The notes: a model not told the origin generated them from the letters alone. A stretch of DNA of 64,000 nt from Reyranella sp. (GCA_035651335.1 DASRFX010000131.1:14499-78498); one strand, 5' to 3'. Shown: positions 48,775 to 59,111, counted from the first letter of the stretch. A program made the numbers and translations.

Positions 48775-50115
48775 TCAGCGCGGGCAGATGTAGCCGATGC
48801 CGCTGGGGTTCTTGAAGCAGCCTACCGCCTGCGGCATCACCTGTTTGGGAAGCCACAGGATGACGCTGGGCGCGAAGATCGTGAACACGATGGTCGCCAG
48901 GAAGACGACGTAGATCGGCAGCGCCGCGCGCAACGCCTGGGAAAATTTGACGCCGACGAACTTCGACGCCATCAGCAGCACCAGGCCGTAGGGCGGCGTG
49001 ATCAGGCCGAAGGCGAGGGTGACGATCAGCACCACGCCCATGTGCACGGGGTTGATGTGGCCGGCCTCGGTGAGCGAGTTCACCAGCGGCATGAAGATGA
49101 TGATGGTAGGCACCGGCTCGATGAAATCGCCGATGATGGTGAACAGCAGCACGAGCGACAGCATGATGAGATGCGGATCGGTGCCGGCGATCGAGGTGAT
49201 GACGTCGGAGATGACGATGGCGCCGCGCAGGTAGGCGAGCATCCAGCCGAACGCGGTCGCTGCGGCGATGGTGATGAGCGGCAGCGAATAGATGAGGCCG
49301 GCGAAGCAGAAGTCGCGCGGCAGATTGCGGACGTGCTTGGGATTGAGGAGCGGGATCACCACCAGCAGGATCCAGCTCACCGCCACGACGCCCGCTTCGG
49401 TCGGCGTGAACCAGCCGGTCAGGATGCCGCCCAGCAGGATCACCGGGATCATCAGCGGCAGCGCCGCCTTCTTGGTGGCGTCGGTGAACTGGCCGAACGT
49501 GGCGCGCGGCCGGCGGATGCCGACCGGACCGAAGAAATAGCAAAAGATCATCAGGCCGATGCCGATCGTGAAGCCCGGCACGAAGCCCGCCATGAACAGG
49601 CCGGCGATCGAGACATTGCCGACCGCGCCATAGACCACGGCGGTGATCGAGGGCGGCACGAGCGCCGCGATGGTCGAGGCCGAGGCGATGATGGCGGCGA
49701 TGAAGGGCGGCTCGTAGCCCTCCTTGCGCATCGAGACGCCGAGCGTGCGCGTCATCACCGCGACGTCGGCGGTGGTCGAGCCCGACATCTCGGAGAAGAA
49801 CATGCTGAACACGGCGACCACCTGGCTGAGGCCGCCCTTGACGTGGCCGACCAGCGACAGCGAGAGGTTGATCACGCGCTGCACCACGTTGGCCGAGCTC
49901 ATCAGCTCGCCGACCAGCAGGAAGAAGGGGATGGCGAGCAACGCCTCCGAATCGACGCCGTCGAACATCTTCTGCACGATGGCGGCGAAGGTGACGTCGG
50001 TGAACGCCGTGCCGATCACCACGCCCGCGGTCAGCGAGAACGCCACCGGCACGCCCATGTAGCCAAAGAACAGGAACAGGCAGGCCATGAGGACGAGGAT
50101 CGCGCCCGAGGTCAT
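48775..50115 (-). CDS. TRAP transporter large permease (DctM family)
   Basis: LLAIPFF, SGS..AD, VPPSI and GLITPPYG motifs; many TM segments. Confidence 0.92.
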   Translation of the reverse strand: MTSGAILVLMACLFLFFGYMGVPVAFSLTAGVVIGTAFTDVTFAAIVQKMFDGVDSEALLAIPFFLLVGELMSSANVVQRVINLSLSLVGHVKGGLSQVVAVFSMFFSEMSGSTTADVAVMTRTLGVSMRKEGYEPPFIAAIIASASTIAALVPPSITAVVYGAVGNVSIAGLFMAGFVPGFTIGIGLMIFCYFFGPVGIRRPRATFGQFTDATKKAALPLMIPVILLGGILTGWFTPTEAGVVAVSWILLVVIPLLNPKHVRNLPRDFCFAGLIYSLPLITIAAATAFGWMLAYLRGAIVISDVITSIAGTDPHLIMLSLVLLFTIIGDFIEPVPTIIIFMPLVNSLTEAGHINPVHMGVVLIVTLAFGLITPPYGLVLLMASKFVGVKFSQALRAALPIYVVFLATIVFTIFAPSVILWLPKQVMPQAVGCFKNPSGIGYICPR

Positions 50116-50672
50116 GGCACGCCGGCTCCTTCCTCGGGCCGGTCGTCCTCGGCCGTGCCCTCGAAGCCGTTCTTCCAGCCGTTGACCAGCTGCTCGAAGG
50201 CGAACAGGGCGATCAGCGCGCCGCTCAGCGGGATGGCGGCATACAGCGAGGCGATTGGCGTCATCGACGGCATGCGGAAGCTCGAGAAGCCGCGCAGGAA
50301 GTTGATGTAGCCGTAGTAGGTGAGGAACAGCCCGACGGCGATGACGACCACGCGAATGCCGCTCTCGATGATCAGCCGCGGCGTGCCGGTCAGCGAATCG
50401 CCCACCGCCGCGAGATAGAGATGGTCGTTGCGCCGCGTCGCCGCCGCCGCGCCGATGAAGATGCCGTAGATGAAGAAGGTCGAGGTGACCTCCTGCAGCC
50501 ACAGCCAGGGATGGCCGATCTCGCGGGTGACGATGTCGAGGACGACGGAGGTGCAGAAGGCGAACAGGGTGATGCCGCACAGCGTCATCAGCACCGCTTC
50601 AACCCAGTCGAGCGCCCGCCACTTCAATTGCCGTTGCCGCTGCAATACCAGCGAGCGCTCGCCATGCTCCAT
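50112..50672 (-). CDS. TRAP transporter small permease (DctQ family)
   Basis: Four TM segments with W..EV....FIY..F.GA....R...H; sits between dctP and dctM. Confidence 0.88.
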   Translation of the reverse strand: MEHGERSLVLQRQRQLKWRALDWVEAVLMTLCGITLFAFCTSVVLDIVTREIGHPWLWLQEVTSTFFIYGIFIGAAAATRRNDHLYLAAVGDSLTGTPRLIIESGIRVVVIAVGLFLTYYGYINFLRGFSSFRMPSMTPIASLYAAIPLSGALIALFAFEQLVNGWKNGFEGTAEDDRPEEGAGVP

Positions 50673-50697
50673 GCGCTAGATCACCCGTACGTCCGGC

Positions 50698-51696
50698 CTA
50701 TTTGATCGAGCCGATGATCTCCGCGATCTTGGCCGCGTGCGGGCCGAGATCCTTGGACATCTTCGCGAGGTACGGCGACGCCACCTTGATGAAGCCCGAC
50801 TTGTCGACGTCGGTCACGATCTTGACGCCGATGCTCTTGAGCTTGTCCGCCGACTTGTGCTCGAGCTCCATCGCCTTGGCCGGCTCGACCTTGGCCACTT
50901 CGTCGGCCGCCGCCTGGACCCAGCCCTTCTGCTCGGCCGTCAGGCTCGACCACAGCTTGTCGCTGACCCAGATCAGGCTGTTGTTGGCCTCGTGCTCGGT
51001 CATCGACATGATGGGCGCGACCTCGTAGTGCTTGTTCTCGAGGTAGACGTTGACGCCGTTCTCGGCGGCGTCGACGACGCCTGTCTGCAGCGAGGTGTAG
51101 ACGCTGCCGAACGGCATGTGCACGACCTGCGCGCCGTAGGCCGGGAACATCGTGTCCTCGGTCGGCGTCGCCTGCACGCGGATCTTCCAGCCCTTGATGT
51201 CGTCGATCTTGTGCACTTCCTTCTTGGAATACATGTTGCGCAGGCCGAGCGTTGTCACCGCCAGCGCATGCGCGCCCTTGACCGTCTCCTCGACCATGCT
51301 GCGCACCGCCTTGCTGAGCTCGGGGCTGGCGATCGACTTGATGAGGTGGTCTTCCGAGCGGAACAGGAAGTGCAGCGACATCACGCCGGCCTCGGGCGCG
51401 ATGGTCGCGGCGTTCGCCGACGAGGAGATGATGAAGTCGATGTCGCCCGACTTCACGAGCTGCAGCATCTGCGGCTCCTGGCCGAGCTGGGCGCCGGGAT
51501 ACTGGTCGATCAGCATCGTGCCCTTGCTGAGCTCCTTGAGCTTGGCGGCGAAGACGTCGCCGACGATGCCGTAGCCCGTGGTGTGCGGCTGGTCGTAGCC
51601 GAACTTGAAGTGGCGGGTCTGGGCCGAAGCCGGGCCTGCGATCAGCAGGGCGGCGCCCGCAAGAAGCGCCGCATGGCGCGCGAATGACCTGGACAT
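50698..51696 (-). CDS. TRAP transporter substrate-binding protein (DctP family)
   Basis: Signal peptide; QLG.E, G.KIRV, VYTSLQTGVVD..EN and YEV motifs. Confidence 0.92.
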   Translation of the reverse strand: MSRSFARHAALLAGAALLIAGPASAQTRHFKFGYDQPHTTGYGIVGDVFAAKLKELSKGTMLIDQYPGAQLGQEPQMLQLVKSGDIDFIISSSANAATIAPEAGVMSLHFLFRSEDHLIKSIASPELSKAVRSMVEETVKGAHALAVTTLGLRNMYSKKEVHKIDDIKGWKIRVQATPTEDTMFPAYGAQVVHMPFGSVYTSLQTGVVDAAENGVNVYLENKHYEVAPIMSMTEHEANNSLIWVSDKLWSSLTAEQKGWVQAAADEVAKVEPAKAMELEHKSADKLKSIGVKIVTDVDKSGFIKVASPYLAKMSKDLGPHAAKIAEIIGSIK

Positions 51697-51785
51697 CGTT
51701 CTCTCCCTCGTTCGGGCGATCTCTTGCGAATCGCTTGGTGTGGCGAGCAGACTGGCATTTGTTCTGTTGTCAGACAACTTCCGTT

Positions 51786-53366
51786 TCAGGCTTTCGTGAC
51801 GTTCCAGAACACCGTGACCGGCGCCTCGAGGTTGCCGGCCACGCCCTTGCGCCGCGCTAGCGGCTGCACGTACTGGCCGAGCGGGATGGTGACCCCCTGA
51901 TCGAGGATACGCTTTTGCACATGCTCGGCGATCTCGCGTTGCTTCTTGGGATCGCTTTCGCGGATGAAGGCGGCACGCAGCTTCTCGATCTCCTCGTCGA
52001 GCGGCCAGCCGAATTGGGCGCGGTCGCCGCTCGCCTCGGCATAGTGGTTGTTCACAGGGTCGAGCAGCAGCACCGCCGTCGCCGCCGTCATCGAGATGTT
52101 CCAACCGCCCTCGGAGAGCGGCCCCTTCTTGGCACGGCGCGTGACCTGGGTGTTCCAGTCCATGGTCTGCATGTCGACCTTGAAACCGCCCTTTTCGAGC
52201 AACGTCTTGGCGACCGGTGCGAGGTTGGTCAGGACGGGATTGTCGGAGGTCTGCAGCAGCGCGACCGGGGTGCCGTCGTAGCCCGCCTCCTTCAGGATCT
52301 TCTTCGACTCGGCGAAGTTGGACTCGAGGATGCCGTCGAAGCCGACATGCGTCTCCAGCGGCGTGCCGCAACCGAACATCGCCTTGCACACTTTGTAGTA
52401 ACGCGGATCGCCGATCACCGCCTTGAGGAAGTCCTCCTGGTTCAGCGCGTATTCGACGGCGCGCCGATAGCGCACGTCGTTGAACGGCGGCTGCTTCCAG
52501 TTCATGCGGAAGATGTAGGTGTTGCCGAGCTTGTCGGGCACGAAGATCTCGATGTTCTTATCCTTTTCCAGCACCGGCAGGAGGTCGTGGCTCGGCGCCT
52601 CGATCATGTCGATCTCGCCGGCGAGCAGCGCGTTCAGCGCGGTCTGCGAATCGGAGATCCACACCCATTCGATGCGCTCGAGCTTGGCGACCTTGCCGCC
52701 GGCCAGGCCCGATGGCGGCTCCCGGCGCGGCACGTAGTCGGGATTGCGCACATAGACGACCTTCTCGCCCGGCTTCCACTCGTCCTTCTTGAAGAGGAAC
52801 GGTCCGCAGCCCGTGGTGTCGGCGATCTGCTGGCTGATCGGCGTCTCGGCGACGTGCCTGGGCATGACGAAAAGCGGCACCGAGGCGGTCTTCGACAAGG
52901 CCTTCAGCATCAGGCCGAACGGCTCCTTGAGCGCGATCTGGAACGTCTTGTCGTCGACCGCCTTCATCTCCCTGGTCGATCTGGCGAGCAGGCCGCCGAT
53001 CACGTCCTTGTCGCTCCAGCGCTTGATCGAGGGCAGCACGTCCGCGGTGGTGACCGGCTTGCCATCCTGCCATTTCAGGCCGTCGCGTAGCGTGAAGCTC
53101 CACAGGAGCTTGTCGTCGCTCATCGTCCAGCTCTCGACCATCTGCGGCCTGGGCTCGAGCCTGGCATCGAGCGCGAACAGCGTGTCGTAGATCATGTAGC
53201 CGTGGTTGCGCACGATGTAGGCGGTGGTCCAGATCGGATCGACGATCTTGAGATCCGAATGCATGACCACGCGCAGCGTCTTGGCCGATGAAGGGGACGA
53301 CTGGGCCGCGGCGGGAGCGGCGAGAGCCGTCGCCGCCCCGGCAACGAACGAACGACGACGCAACAT
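51786..53366 (-). CDS. ABC transporter substrate-binding protein, family 5 (peptide/nickel), Tat-exported
   Basis: MLRRRSFVAG twin-arginine signal; DPIWTTAY, IYDTLF, FTLRDGL and GCGPF motifs. Confidence 0.9.
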   Translation of the reverse strand: MLRRRSFVAGAATALAAPAAAQSSPSSAKTLRVVMHSDLKIVDPIWTTAYIVRNHGYMIYDTLFALDARLEPRPQMVESWTMSDDKLLWSFTLRDGLKWQDGKPVTTADVLPSIKRWSDKDVIGGLLARSTREMKAVDDKTFQIALKEPFGLMLKALSKTASVPLFVMPRHVAETPISQQIADTTGCGPFLFKKDEWKPGEKVVYVRNPDYVPRREPPSGLAGGKVAKLERIEWVWISDSQTALNALLAGEIDMIEAPSHDLLPVLEKDKNIEIFVPDKLGNTYIFRMNWKQPPFNDVRYRRAVEYALNQEDFLKAVIGDPRYYKVCKAMFGCGTPLETHVGFDGILESNFAESKKILKEAGYDGTPVALLQTSDNPVLTNLAPVAKTLLEKGGFKVDMQTMDWNTQVTRRAKKGPLSEGGWNISMTAATAVLLLDPVNNHYAEASGDRAQFGWPLDEEIEKLRAAFIRESDPKKQREIAEHVQKRILDQGVTIPLGQYVQPLARRKGVAGNLEAPVTVFWNVTKA

Positions 53367-53377
53367 GAGGGCCTCCC

Positions 53378-54925
53378 TTATATGTTCGTGGGCGGCGTCC
53401 AGCTCGCTTCTTCGTCGAGCGGGTAGACCGGACGCGGCAGCTTCGTCCAAGTGAAGTTCGCCAGCACCGGCGACGTCAAGCCCGGGCAGTCGACTTCGTA
53501 GATCTGTTCCGGCTTGAAGAACTCGTCGAAGCCGCCGCGGAAATGACCGCGGCTCTTGACCACGACGACGCGCGCCTGGGCGATGTCGAGACCGAGACTC
53601 TCGAACTGGCGCGGATCCATGCACTGGCAGCGATGCGTGATGACCACGATCTGGATGCCGCCGAGGTCGAGCAGGGCGGTCGGGCCCATGTCGGCCGAGA
53701 CATCCTTCAGCACGCCGCGCCTTCCGACGTACTTGCCGTCGGTCAGCTTGACGACCTTGGCGCCGCATTCGAACGGCTGGGAGAATTCGTGGTTCTCCGC
53801 CGTGTTGAACGAAGCGGTGAAGATCTTGCCTTCGCCCAGTGCGTGCGCCTTGGCGGCGAGTGCCGCATCGTTGAATACACCGAAGATCACGCCGAACGCG
53901 CCTGCATCCTTGAGCGCCTTCAGGAGGTAGGTCGTGTTGCCGCGACCGCCGCCGCCCGGATTGTCGCCGACATCGGCCAGGATGACCGGCGGCTGCCGCC
54001 AGTCGCGCGCCGTGACCACGGCAAGCCGCACCGCTTCGTCGAGCGGCGTCATGGTCTTCTTGAAGCGCTCCTTCATGCCCCAGGCGCGCTTGGCGATGTC
54101 CAGCGACAGCGCAGCCGCAGCATCGCGCCTGCCGTTGCGCGCCGTCACGACCGCGGTGAGACCGTTCTTGGGCGAATCGGAATAGGCGAAGCCCGCCATC
54201 ACCGAGACGTTCACGATGTCGCCGCCGACCTTGCTTTGGCCGTACTCGATCAGGTCGGCATAGGGGCCCTGCTTGGGCCCGCGCGCGGTGAGGAGCGAGA
54301 TCGGCGGCGACACGATCGGCACCTTGACCATGGTGACGTGAGTCTTGGCGCCGGCCAGGCACTCGCGCAGATGCTTGGCCGCCTCGACGCCGCGCTTGCG
54401 GATGTCGTTGTGCGGGTTCTCGAGGTAGCCCACGAAGGCCGAAAGATTGTCGGTCATGCGGCGCGAGACGTTGGCGTGCAGGTCGAACACCGCGACCACC
54501 GGCACGTCCGGCCCGACGATGCCGCGCACCAGCTCGAACAGGTCCCCATCGGGATCATCGGAGCCCTCGGCCAACGCCGCGCCGTGGCAGGAGACGAAGA
54601 CGCCGTCGACCGGCAACGCCGCCTTCAGCCCGGCGCCGATCTCCTGAAGGAAGTCCCTGAAGAAGTTCCTCTCGACCGGACCGCCAGGCTGCGCTTGCGA
54701 AACGCGGATCGGCACCGGCGTCCACGGTCCCGACGAATCCATCTCGGCGAAGAAGCCCGGCAGGTCGGGCAGGGTGATCGAGGCGGCCGAGCGCGACTCC
54801 GTGACGATGCGGTTGCCGCGGATGTCGACGTCATTGGCGAAATCCTCGGCGGTCGACACCGGCGAGAAGCGGTTGCACTCGATGGCGAACCCCAGCACGG
54901 CGATGCGCGGATTTTCCCTGGACAA
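53378..54925 (-). CDS. M81 family metallopeptidase (MlrC-like)
   Basis: E.NRFSP, HGA, DLHAN, PH.D, D..DNPGGG and VKSRGHFR motifs. Confidence 0.9.
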   Translation of the reverse strand: MSRENPRIAVLGFAIECNRFSPVSTAEDFANDVDIRGNRIVTESRSAASITLPDLPGFFAEMDSSGPWTPVPIRVSQAQPGGPVERNFFRDFLQEIGAGLKAALPVDGVFVSCHGAALAEGSDDPDGDLFELVRGIVGPDVPVVAVFDLHANVSRRMTDNLSAFVGYLENPHNDIRKRGVEAAKHLRECLAGAKTHVTMVKVPIVSPPISLLTARGPKQGPYADLIEYGQSKVGGDIVNVSVMAGFAYSDSPKNGLTAVVTARNGRRDAAAALSLDIAKRAWGMKERFKKTMTPLDEAVRLAVVTARDWRQPPVILADVGDNPGGGGRGNTTYLLKALKDAGAFGVIFGVFNDAALAAKAHALGEGKIFTASFNTAENHEFSQPFECGAKVVKLTDGKYVGRRGVLKDVSADMGPTALLDLGGIQIVVITHRCQCMDPRQFESLGLDIAQARVVVVKSRGHFRGGFDEFFKPEQIYEVDCPGLTSPVLANFTWTKLPRPVYPLDEEASWTPPTNI

Positions 54926-54934
54926 GATCGGCTC

Positions 54935-55753
54935 CTATGCGTGGCGCGCGAGAAAGCTCTCGACCAGCCGGTTGAAGGTGGCGGCGTGCTCGAAGTACGG
55001 CGAGTGACCGGAGTCGGGGATCATTTCCGCCTTGGCGTCGGGCAGGGCCAAGGCGATCGCGCTGGCGAGGAACGCCGGAAACACGACATCCTCGCCGCCG
55101 GCGATGAGCAGGGTCGGCACGCGGAAATCCTTGAGATCGCCGGGTTTGCGCGTTGCGGTGCGGCGCAGGGTGGCCCGCACCTTCTCCTTGTCGAGGCCGC
55201 TCGCCATCTCGTCGATGCTCTTATATAGAAGGTGGAGGGCGGGCAGCCGCTCGGCTGCGCGTGCCCCCATGGCCGGATGGATGCCCCTGGCGAGGCCCGC
55301 TTTCACCTTGGCCTCCGCATCGGCCAGCCAGGCGTCGTATTTGGCGCCGCCCGACGGGTCGGCGCCGCGCCGGTCGATCGTGCCCGAGGTCGAGCTCAGC
55401 ACCAGCGCCTTTACCTTGTGCGGGTACGCGATCGCGTATTCGAGCATCGTCCAGCCGCCCATCGACTGGCCGACCAGGCGCACTTCGGGGAGTTTCAGAT
55501 GGTCGATGAGGGCCGCCAGATCGCCGGCATAGTCCGCCGCGTCGGGGCCGCCGGGAACGGGATGGGACGGCGCAAAGCCACGATGGGCGAAGGCCACGCA
55601 GGTGTAACGCGGCGCGAAGTGGGCGACCTGCTGCCACCAGCTCAACTGGTTGCCGCCCAGCCCGTGGGCGAACAGCAGGGCGGGGCCCGTGCCCGTGACC
55701 TCGTAGTGCAGATTGCCGAACGGACGCTTCAGCTTGCCGATGATGCGCTGCAT
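54935..55753 (-). CDS. Alpha/beta hydrolase
   Basis: FAHGLGG, GQSMGG, GGED and SGHSPYFE motifs. Confidence 0.9.
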   Translation of the reverse strand: MQRIIGKLKRPFGNLHYEVTGTGPALLFAHGLGGNQLSWWQQVAHFAPRYTCVAFAHRGFAPSHPVPGGPDAADYAGDLAALIDHLKLPEVRLVGQSMGGWTMLEYAIAYPHKVKALVLSSTSGTIDRRGADPSGGAKYDAWLADAEAKVKAGLARGIHPAMGARAAERLPALHLLYKSIDEMASGLDKEKVRATLRRTATRKPGDLKDFRVPTLLIAGGEDVVFPAFLASAIALALPDAKAEMIPDSGHSPYFEHAATFNRLVESFLARHA

Positions 55754-55779
55754 GGACCCCTCGATCCTTTAGATTGCCG

Positions 55780-55804
55780 TTTTCCCGTTTTTAAAACAGG
55801 AAAA
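55780..55804. promoter_or_regulatory. Putative operator upstream of the hydrolase-M81-SBP-TRAP run
   Basis: TTTTCCCGTTTT-T-AAAACAGGAAAA, a palindrome with one mismatch in an AT-rich gap. Confidence 0.45.
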
Positions 55805-55902
55805 GAAAACGACAGCCGGGCGGCCGGACGAGACGCGCTCACTGGCACCATACAGCCGGCGTAAAAAAGACTCCCAATATGTCGTATAGAACTCGGCGAC
55901 AT

Positions 55903-56436
55903 TCAGAACAGCACGAGTCCGGCACCGGAGATGCCGAGCGGCCAGCGTCCGGCTACGAACAGGCGGAACTTGTTTTCGAACGGCGATTGCTCGGCGCCGG
56001 CGAGGCGCGCGACCGCGAGCTGATAGATGGCTTGCGACGCCGCCCCGGCGGCGACGTGGATCGATGCCGGCTGCGCGCCGCCGAGACTCGCGGCCGCCGC
56101 CGCCGCCTTGCCGTGCACCAGATCGCCGGCTTCGGTCGTAAGGTCGGTGAGGGCCGTCCACAACGCTTGTCCGGGATATTTCGCCTCGGCCTCGGCCAAT
56201 AGTCGCTTGCGCAGATCCTCCTCGTGGTCCCACCACTCGAGCGAGGTGGCTGACGATTTCAGGAAATCCTCGGCCTCGCGCCACGAACGCACGTACGTCA
56301 CGCCATCAGTGCCACCGTAGTCCGCCGCCAAGGCGCGGACGTTGTCGGTCAGAGGCTCACCGAGGGCGGCAAACCACGGCGCGCCGTTTACCTCGACATG
56401 GAGCGACTGCAGCGCACGTGAGCAAGAGGCGATCAC
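55903..56436 (-). CDS. Hypothetical protein (177 aa) translationally coupled to the di-iron gene
   Basis: GTG start overlaps the TGA of the upstream gene. PWFAALGEPL ... K..LF..GRWPLG pattern. Start uncertain. Confidence 0.7.
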   Translation of the reverse strand: MIASCSRALQSLHVEVNGAPWFAALGEPLTDNVRALAADYGGTDGVTYVRSWREAEDFLKSSATSLEWWDHEEDLRKRLLAEAEAKYPGQALWTALTDLTTEAGDLVHGKAAAAAASLGGAQPASIHVAAGAASQAIYQLAVARLAGAEQSPFENKFRLFVAGRWPLGISGAGLVLF

Positions 56437-57137
56437 GCCGCTTGCGCGACCTTGGGCAGGGTGAGACCGTACTTGGCCGCGACTTCGGTCGCCCGCCTGA
56501 CGAAGTCCTCGCGCATCTCGTCGTTGGTGCGCTGTTTGATCTTCCACTTGCGGAAGATCTCGTTGTTCTTCGATTTCGAGCCGCCGAAGAACTTCGGAAG
56601 ATACGGCCAGTACTCGTTCACCGCTGCCTGCAGGCGGGCCTTGCCGTCCGGCGTCTTCACCAGCTCGGCCGAGAAATCCTCGCCGAACTGCGCGTGGAAG
56701 CGCTCCTCCGGCATGGTGGCGCGGGCGAGGTTGCGCAGCGGATGGAACGTGCAGTGCAAGAGATCCTCGACCTGCAGGATCTCGGCCAGATCGGCCAGGA
56801 GCTTGATGGCGACGAACTCCTCCCAGGTCTTGAGCGGGAACTCGAAGATCGACAGCGGCTTCTTTCCAGAGCCCGGCATCATGCGTTCCTCGGGAATGCC
56901 CATCTGCGTGCCCAGTCCCTTGAAGCGCACGTGATGGCCGTATTCCTCCATGGCGACCCGGCAGGTCAGCCATTTGGCGTAGGGGGTCGGTGCGTAGGCG
57001 ATGGCAGGTTCGTCGAACACCTGCGCGCCGTAGAGCTCGTTCACGGCATGGCTGATCACCAGCTTGGCGACGGCGTCGCGGTACTCCTCGGGCGCCTTCT
57101 TGAGCTCTTCGACGGTCTTGACGACGAGGTCGGTCAT
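56433..57137 (-). CDS. Ferritin-like di-iron protein, PaaA/BoxB-related acyl-CoA oxygenase/epoxidase subunit
   Basis: HAVNEL, APT...K, EEYGH, LAD.A and EERFH line up with the PaaA ligands (E, ExxH, D, ExxH). AAGGAG RBS. Confidence 0.85.
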   Translation of the reverse strand: MTDLVVKTVEELKKAPEEYRDAVAKLVISHAVNELYGAQVFDEPAIAYAPTPYAKWLTCRVAMEEYGHHVRFKGLGTQMGIPEERMMPGSGKKPLSIFEFPLKTWEEFVAIKLLADLAEILQVEDLLHCTFHPLRNLARATMPEERFHAQFGEDFSAELVKTPDGKARLQAAVNEYWPYLPKFFGGSKSKNNEIFRKWKIKQRTNDEMREDFVRRATEVAAKYGLTLPKVAQAA

Positions 57138-57147
57138 GGTCGTCTCC

Positions 57148-58077
57148 TTACACGAGGGGTTCGGTATTGAAGGCTTCGAGATCGGTGGTGAGATCGGTGA
57201 ACTTCGAGCCGAGCTTCGACACAAGGTCCTGAGCGATGTTCTCGGGCTTCTCGACGTCGAGCTTGCCCGCCGGCCGCGGCTGGCCGAACAGGAAGACCTC
57301 GCGGCCGCGTACGCCAAGCAACTGGCCGGTGATGCCCTTGCCAGCCGGCGAGCAGAGAGCCGTCACGAGATTGGCAACATGGTGGGCGCCGATCTTCAGC
57401 GCGCGCTCCTTGTAGGCCTTCTGCGCGTCGTTCTGCGGCTGGATGATGTCGGTCACGCGGGTCCTCGCGAACGGCGCCACGGCGTTGGCGGCGATCTGGG
57501 CGCGCGCCAGGTCCATCGCCGTGACGCGCGTCAGGCCGAACAGGCCCGCCTTGGCGCTGGCGTAGGCCGCCTGGCCGAGATTGCCGTAGAGGCCGGCCGA
57601 CGAGACGATGTTGACGATGCGGCCCCAATCGTAGGTCGCGCCGCCTCGGCCCGACTTGCCCTGGTCGCGCATCACGGCGGACGCGGCATTGATCAGGTAG
57701 AAGGCGGCCGACAGGTTGGTGCGGATCACGGCGTCCCAGTCCAGCGGGTTCATGCGGAACACGAAGGCGTCGCGCAGGATGGCGGCGTTGTTCACCACGA
57801 TGTCGATGCCGCCATAGGTCTTCACTGCCAGATCGACGAGCTGCTTGGCAGCGCCCGGCGTGGCGACGCTCTCGGTGAAGGCAATCGACTTGTTGCCGAT
57901 CGCTTTCGCGACTTCCTGCGCCACCGCCGGATCGCCGCTGTCGCCGGAGATCGACGTGCCGTTGTCGGCCACGATCACGCTGGCGCCTTCCCTGGCGAGC
58001 GATTCGGCGATGGCGCGGCCGATGCCGCGACCTGCGCCCGTGACGATTGCCGCGCGTCCTTGCAGAAGTCCGGTCAT
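57148..58077 (-). CDS. SDR family oxidoreductase (3-hydroxyacyl-CoA dehydrogenase/MFE2-like)
   Basis: TGAGRGIG, NNAAILRD and GNLGQAAYASAKAG (YxxxK) motifs. Confidence 0.92.
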   Translation of the reverse strand: MTGLLQGRAAIVTGAGRGIGRAIAESLAREGASVIVADNGTSISGDSGDPAVAQEVAKAIGNKSIAFTESVATPGAAKQLVDLAVKTYGGIDIVVNNAAILRDAFVFRMNPLDWDAVIRTNLSAAFYLINAASAVMRDQGKSGRGGATYDWGRIVNIVSSAGLYGNLGQAAYASAKAGLFGLTRVTAMDLARAQIAANAVAPFARTRVTDIIQPQNDAQKAYKERALKIGAHHVANLVTALCSPAGKGITGQLLGVRGREVFLFGQPRPAGKLDVEKPENIAQDLVSKLGSKFTDLTTDLEAFNTEPLV

Positions 58078-59111
58078 AGCTCTGCTCCCGTTTTCTTGCC
58101 GGCTTGCGCCATCTCCGCCGCCGTATAGAACGCGTCGGCATGGATATCGAGCCGCCGCATGCCGCGCTGCTCGAAAAGCTTCGTCGCCGCCTCGACCATG
58201 ACGGGAGGGCCGGCGAGATAGGCCTTGCAGCCGTCGAACTCGTCAAAATCCTCGGCGACGGCCTCATGCACGAGGCCGCAGCGCCGCTCCAAGCCGTCGC
58301 CCTCGCTCAGCACCGGCATGAAATGCAGGTTGGGATGCTTGTCGGCCATATCCTTGAAATGGTCGTGCAGGTAGAGGTCGCGCTCGCTGCGGACGCCGAA
58401 ATAGAAGTAGATGTGCTGTGGCATCGCCTTGGCGATCGCGCGCTCGACGATCGACTTCAGCGGCGCCATGCCCGAGCCGCCGGCGACGGCGATGATGGGG
58501 CCACGATGGGCTTCGCGCAGGTAGGAGGCGCCGAACGGCCCTTCGACCCGCACCGGATCGCCGACCCTGAGGTTGTCGGCAACATAGGCGCTCACCGCGC
58601 CGCCCTGCGTGCGGCGGACATGGAACTCCAGCACCGGATCGCCCGGCACGTTGGCCATCGAATAGTCGCGCGGCTCGCAGCCGTCGAACGTCACCGAGGC
58701 GAACTGGCCGGCCGAGAAATCGAACGGCCCGCCCGCCTCGATCGACAGGCGCACGCGCTTGATGTCGTGGGTCGCATCGTCGAGACCCACCACCCTGCAG
58801 GCGAGCACGCGGCGCGGATGGACGATCAGGTCGTCCTCCTCGAGCCAGGCGACCTCGCACTCCTCCCACGGCACCGAGCGGCAGGCCAGGATCAGCCCGC
58901 GTTCCTTCTCCTCGTCGGACAGGGCGAATTCCGAATAGCCCTCCATCGTCACCTCGCCCTTCAGCAGGTGCGACTTGCAGGCGCCGCAATTGCCGGACTG
59001 GCAGCCGAACGGATAGCCGATGCCGGCGTCGAGCGCGGCCGACAGGATGGTGCTGCCGGTCGGCACCTCAATGGTGCGCCTGGCGGGGACGATGTGGACC
59101 TTGAAACTCAT
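58074..59111 (-). CDS. 2Fe-2S ferredoxin - FAD/NAD(P)H reductase (oxygenase reductase component)
   Basis: CQSGNCGAC...LAC 2Fe-2S motif, RDYSMAN, GPFG, AGGSGMAP and YLAGPP.M. Confidence 0.93.
   Translation of the reverse strand: MSFKVHIVPARRTIEVPTGSTILSAALDAGIGYPFGCQSGNCGACKSHLLKGEVTMEGYSEFALSDEEKERGLILACRSVPWEECEVAWLEEDDLIVHPRRVLACRVVGLDDATHDIKRVRLSIEAGGPFDFSAGQFASVTFDGCEPRDYSMANVPGDPVLEFHVRRTQGGAVSAYVADNLRVGDPVRVEGPFGASYLREAHRGPIIAVAGGSGMAPLKSIVERAIAKAMPQHIYFYFGVRSERDLYLHDHFKDMADKHPNLHFMPVLSEGDGLERRCGLVHEAVAEDFDEFDGCKAYLAGPPVMVEAATKLFEQRGMRRLDIHADAFYTAAEMAQAGKKTGAEL

Noticed and set aside
46387-54362. Long N-terminal extensions on the ORFs 46387-48642, 48775-50580, 50698-52389 and 51786-54362
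   Set aside because: The extensions overlap well-supported genes in other frames. Internal starts with an RBS, signal peptide or family N-terminus fit better.
53378-54925. Microcystin degradation locus
   Set aside because: M81/MlrC-like proteins are widespread, and mlrA, mlrB and mlrD are absent here.
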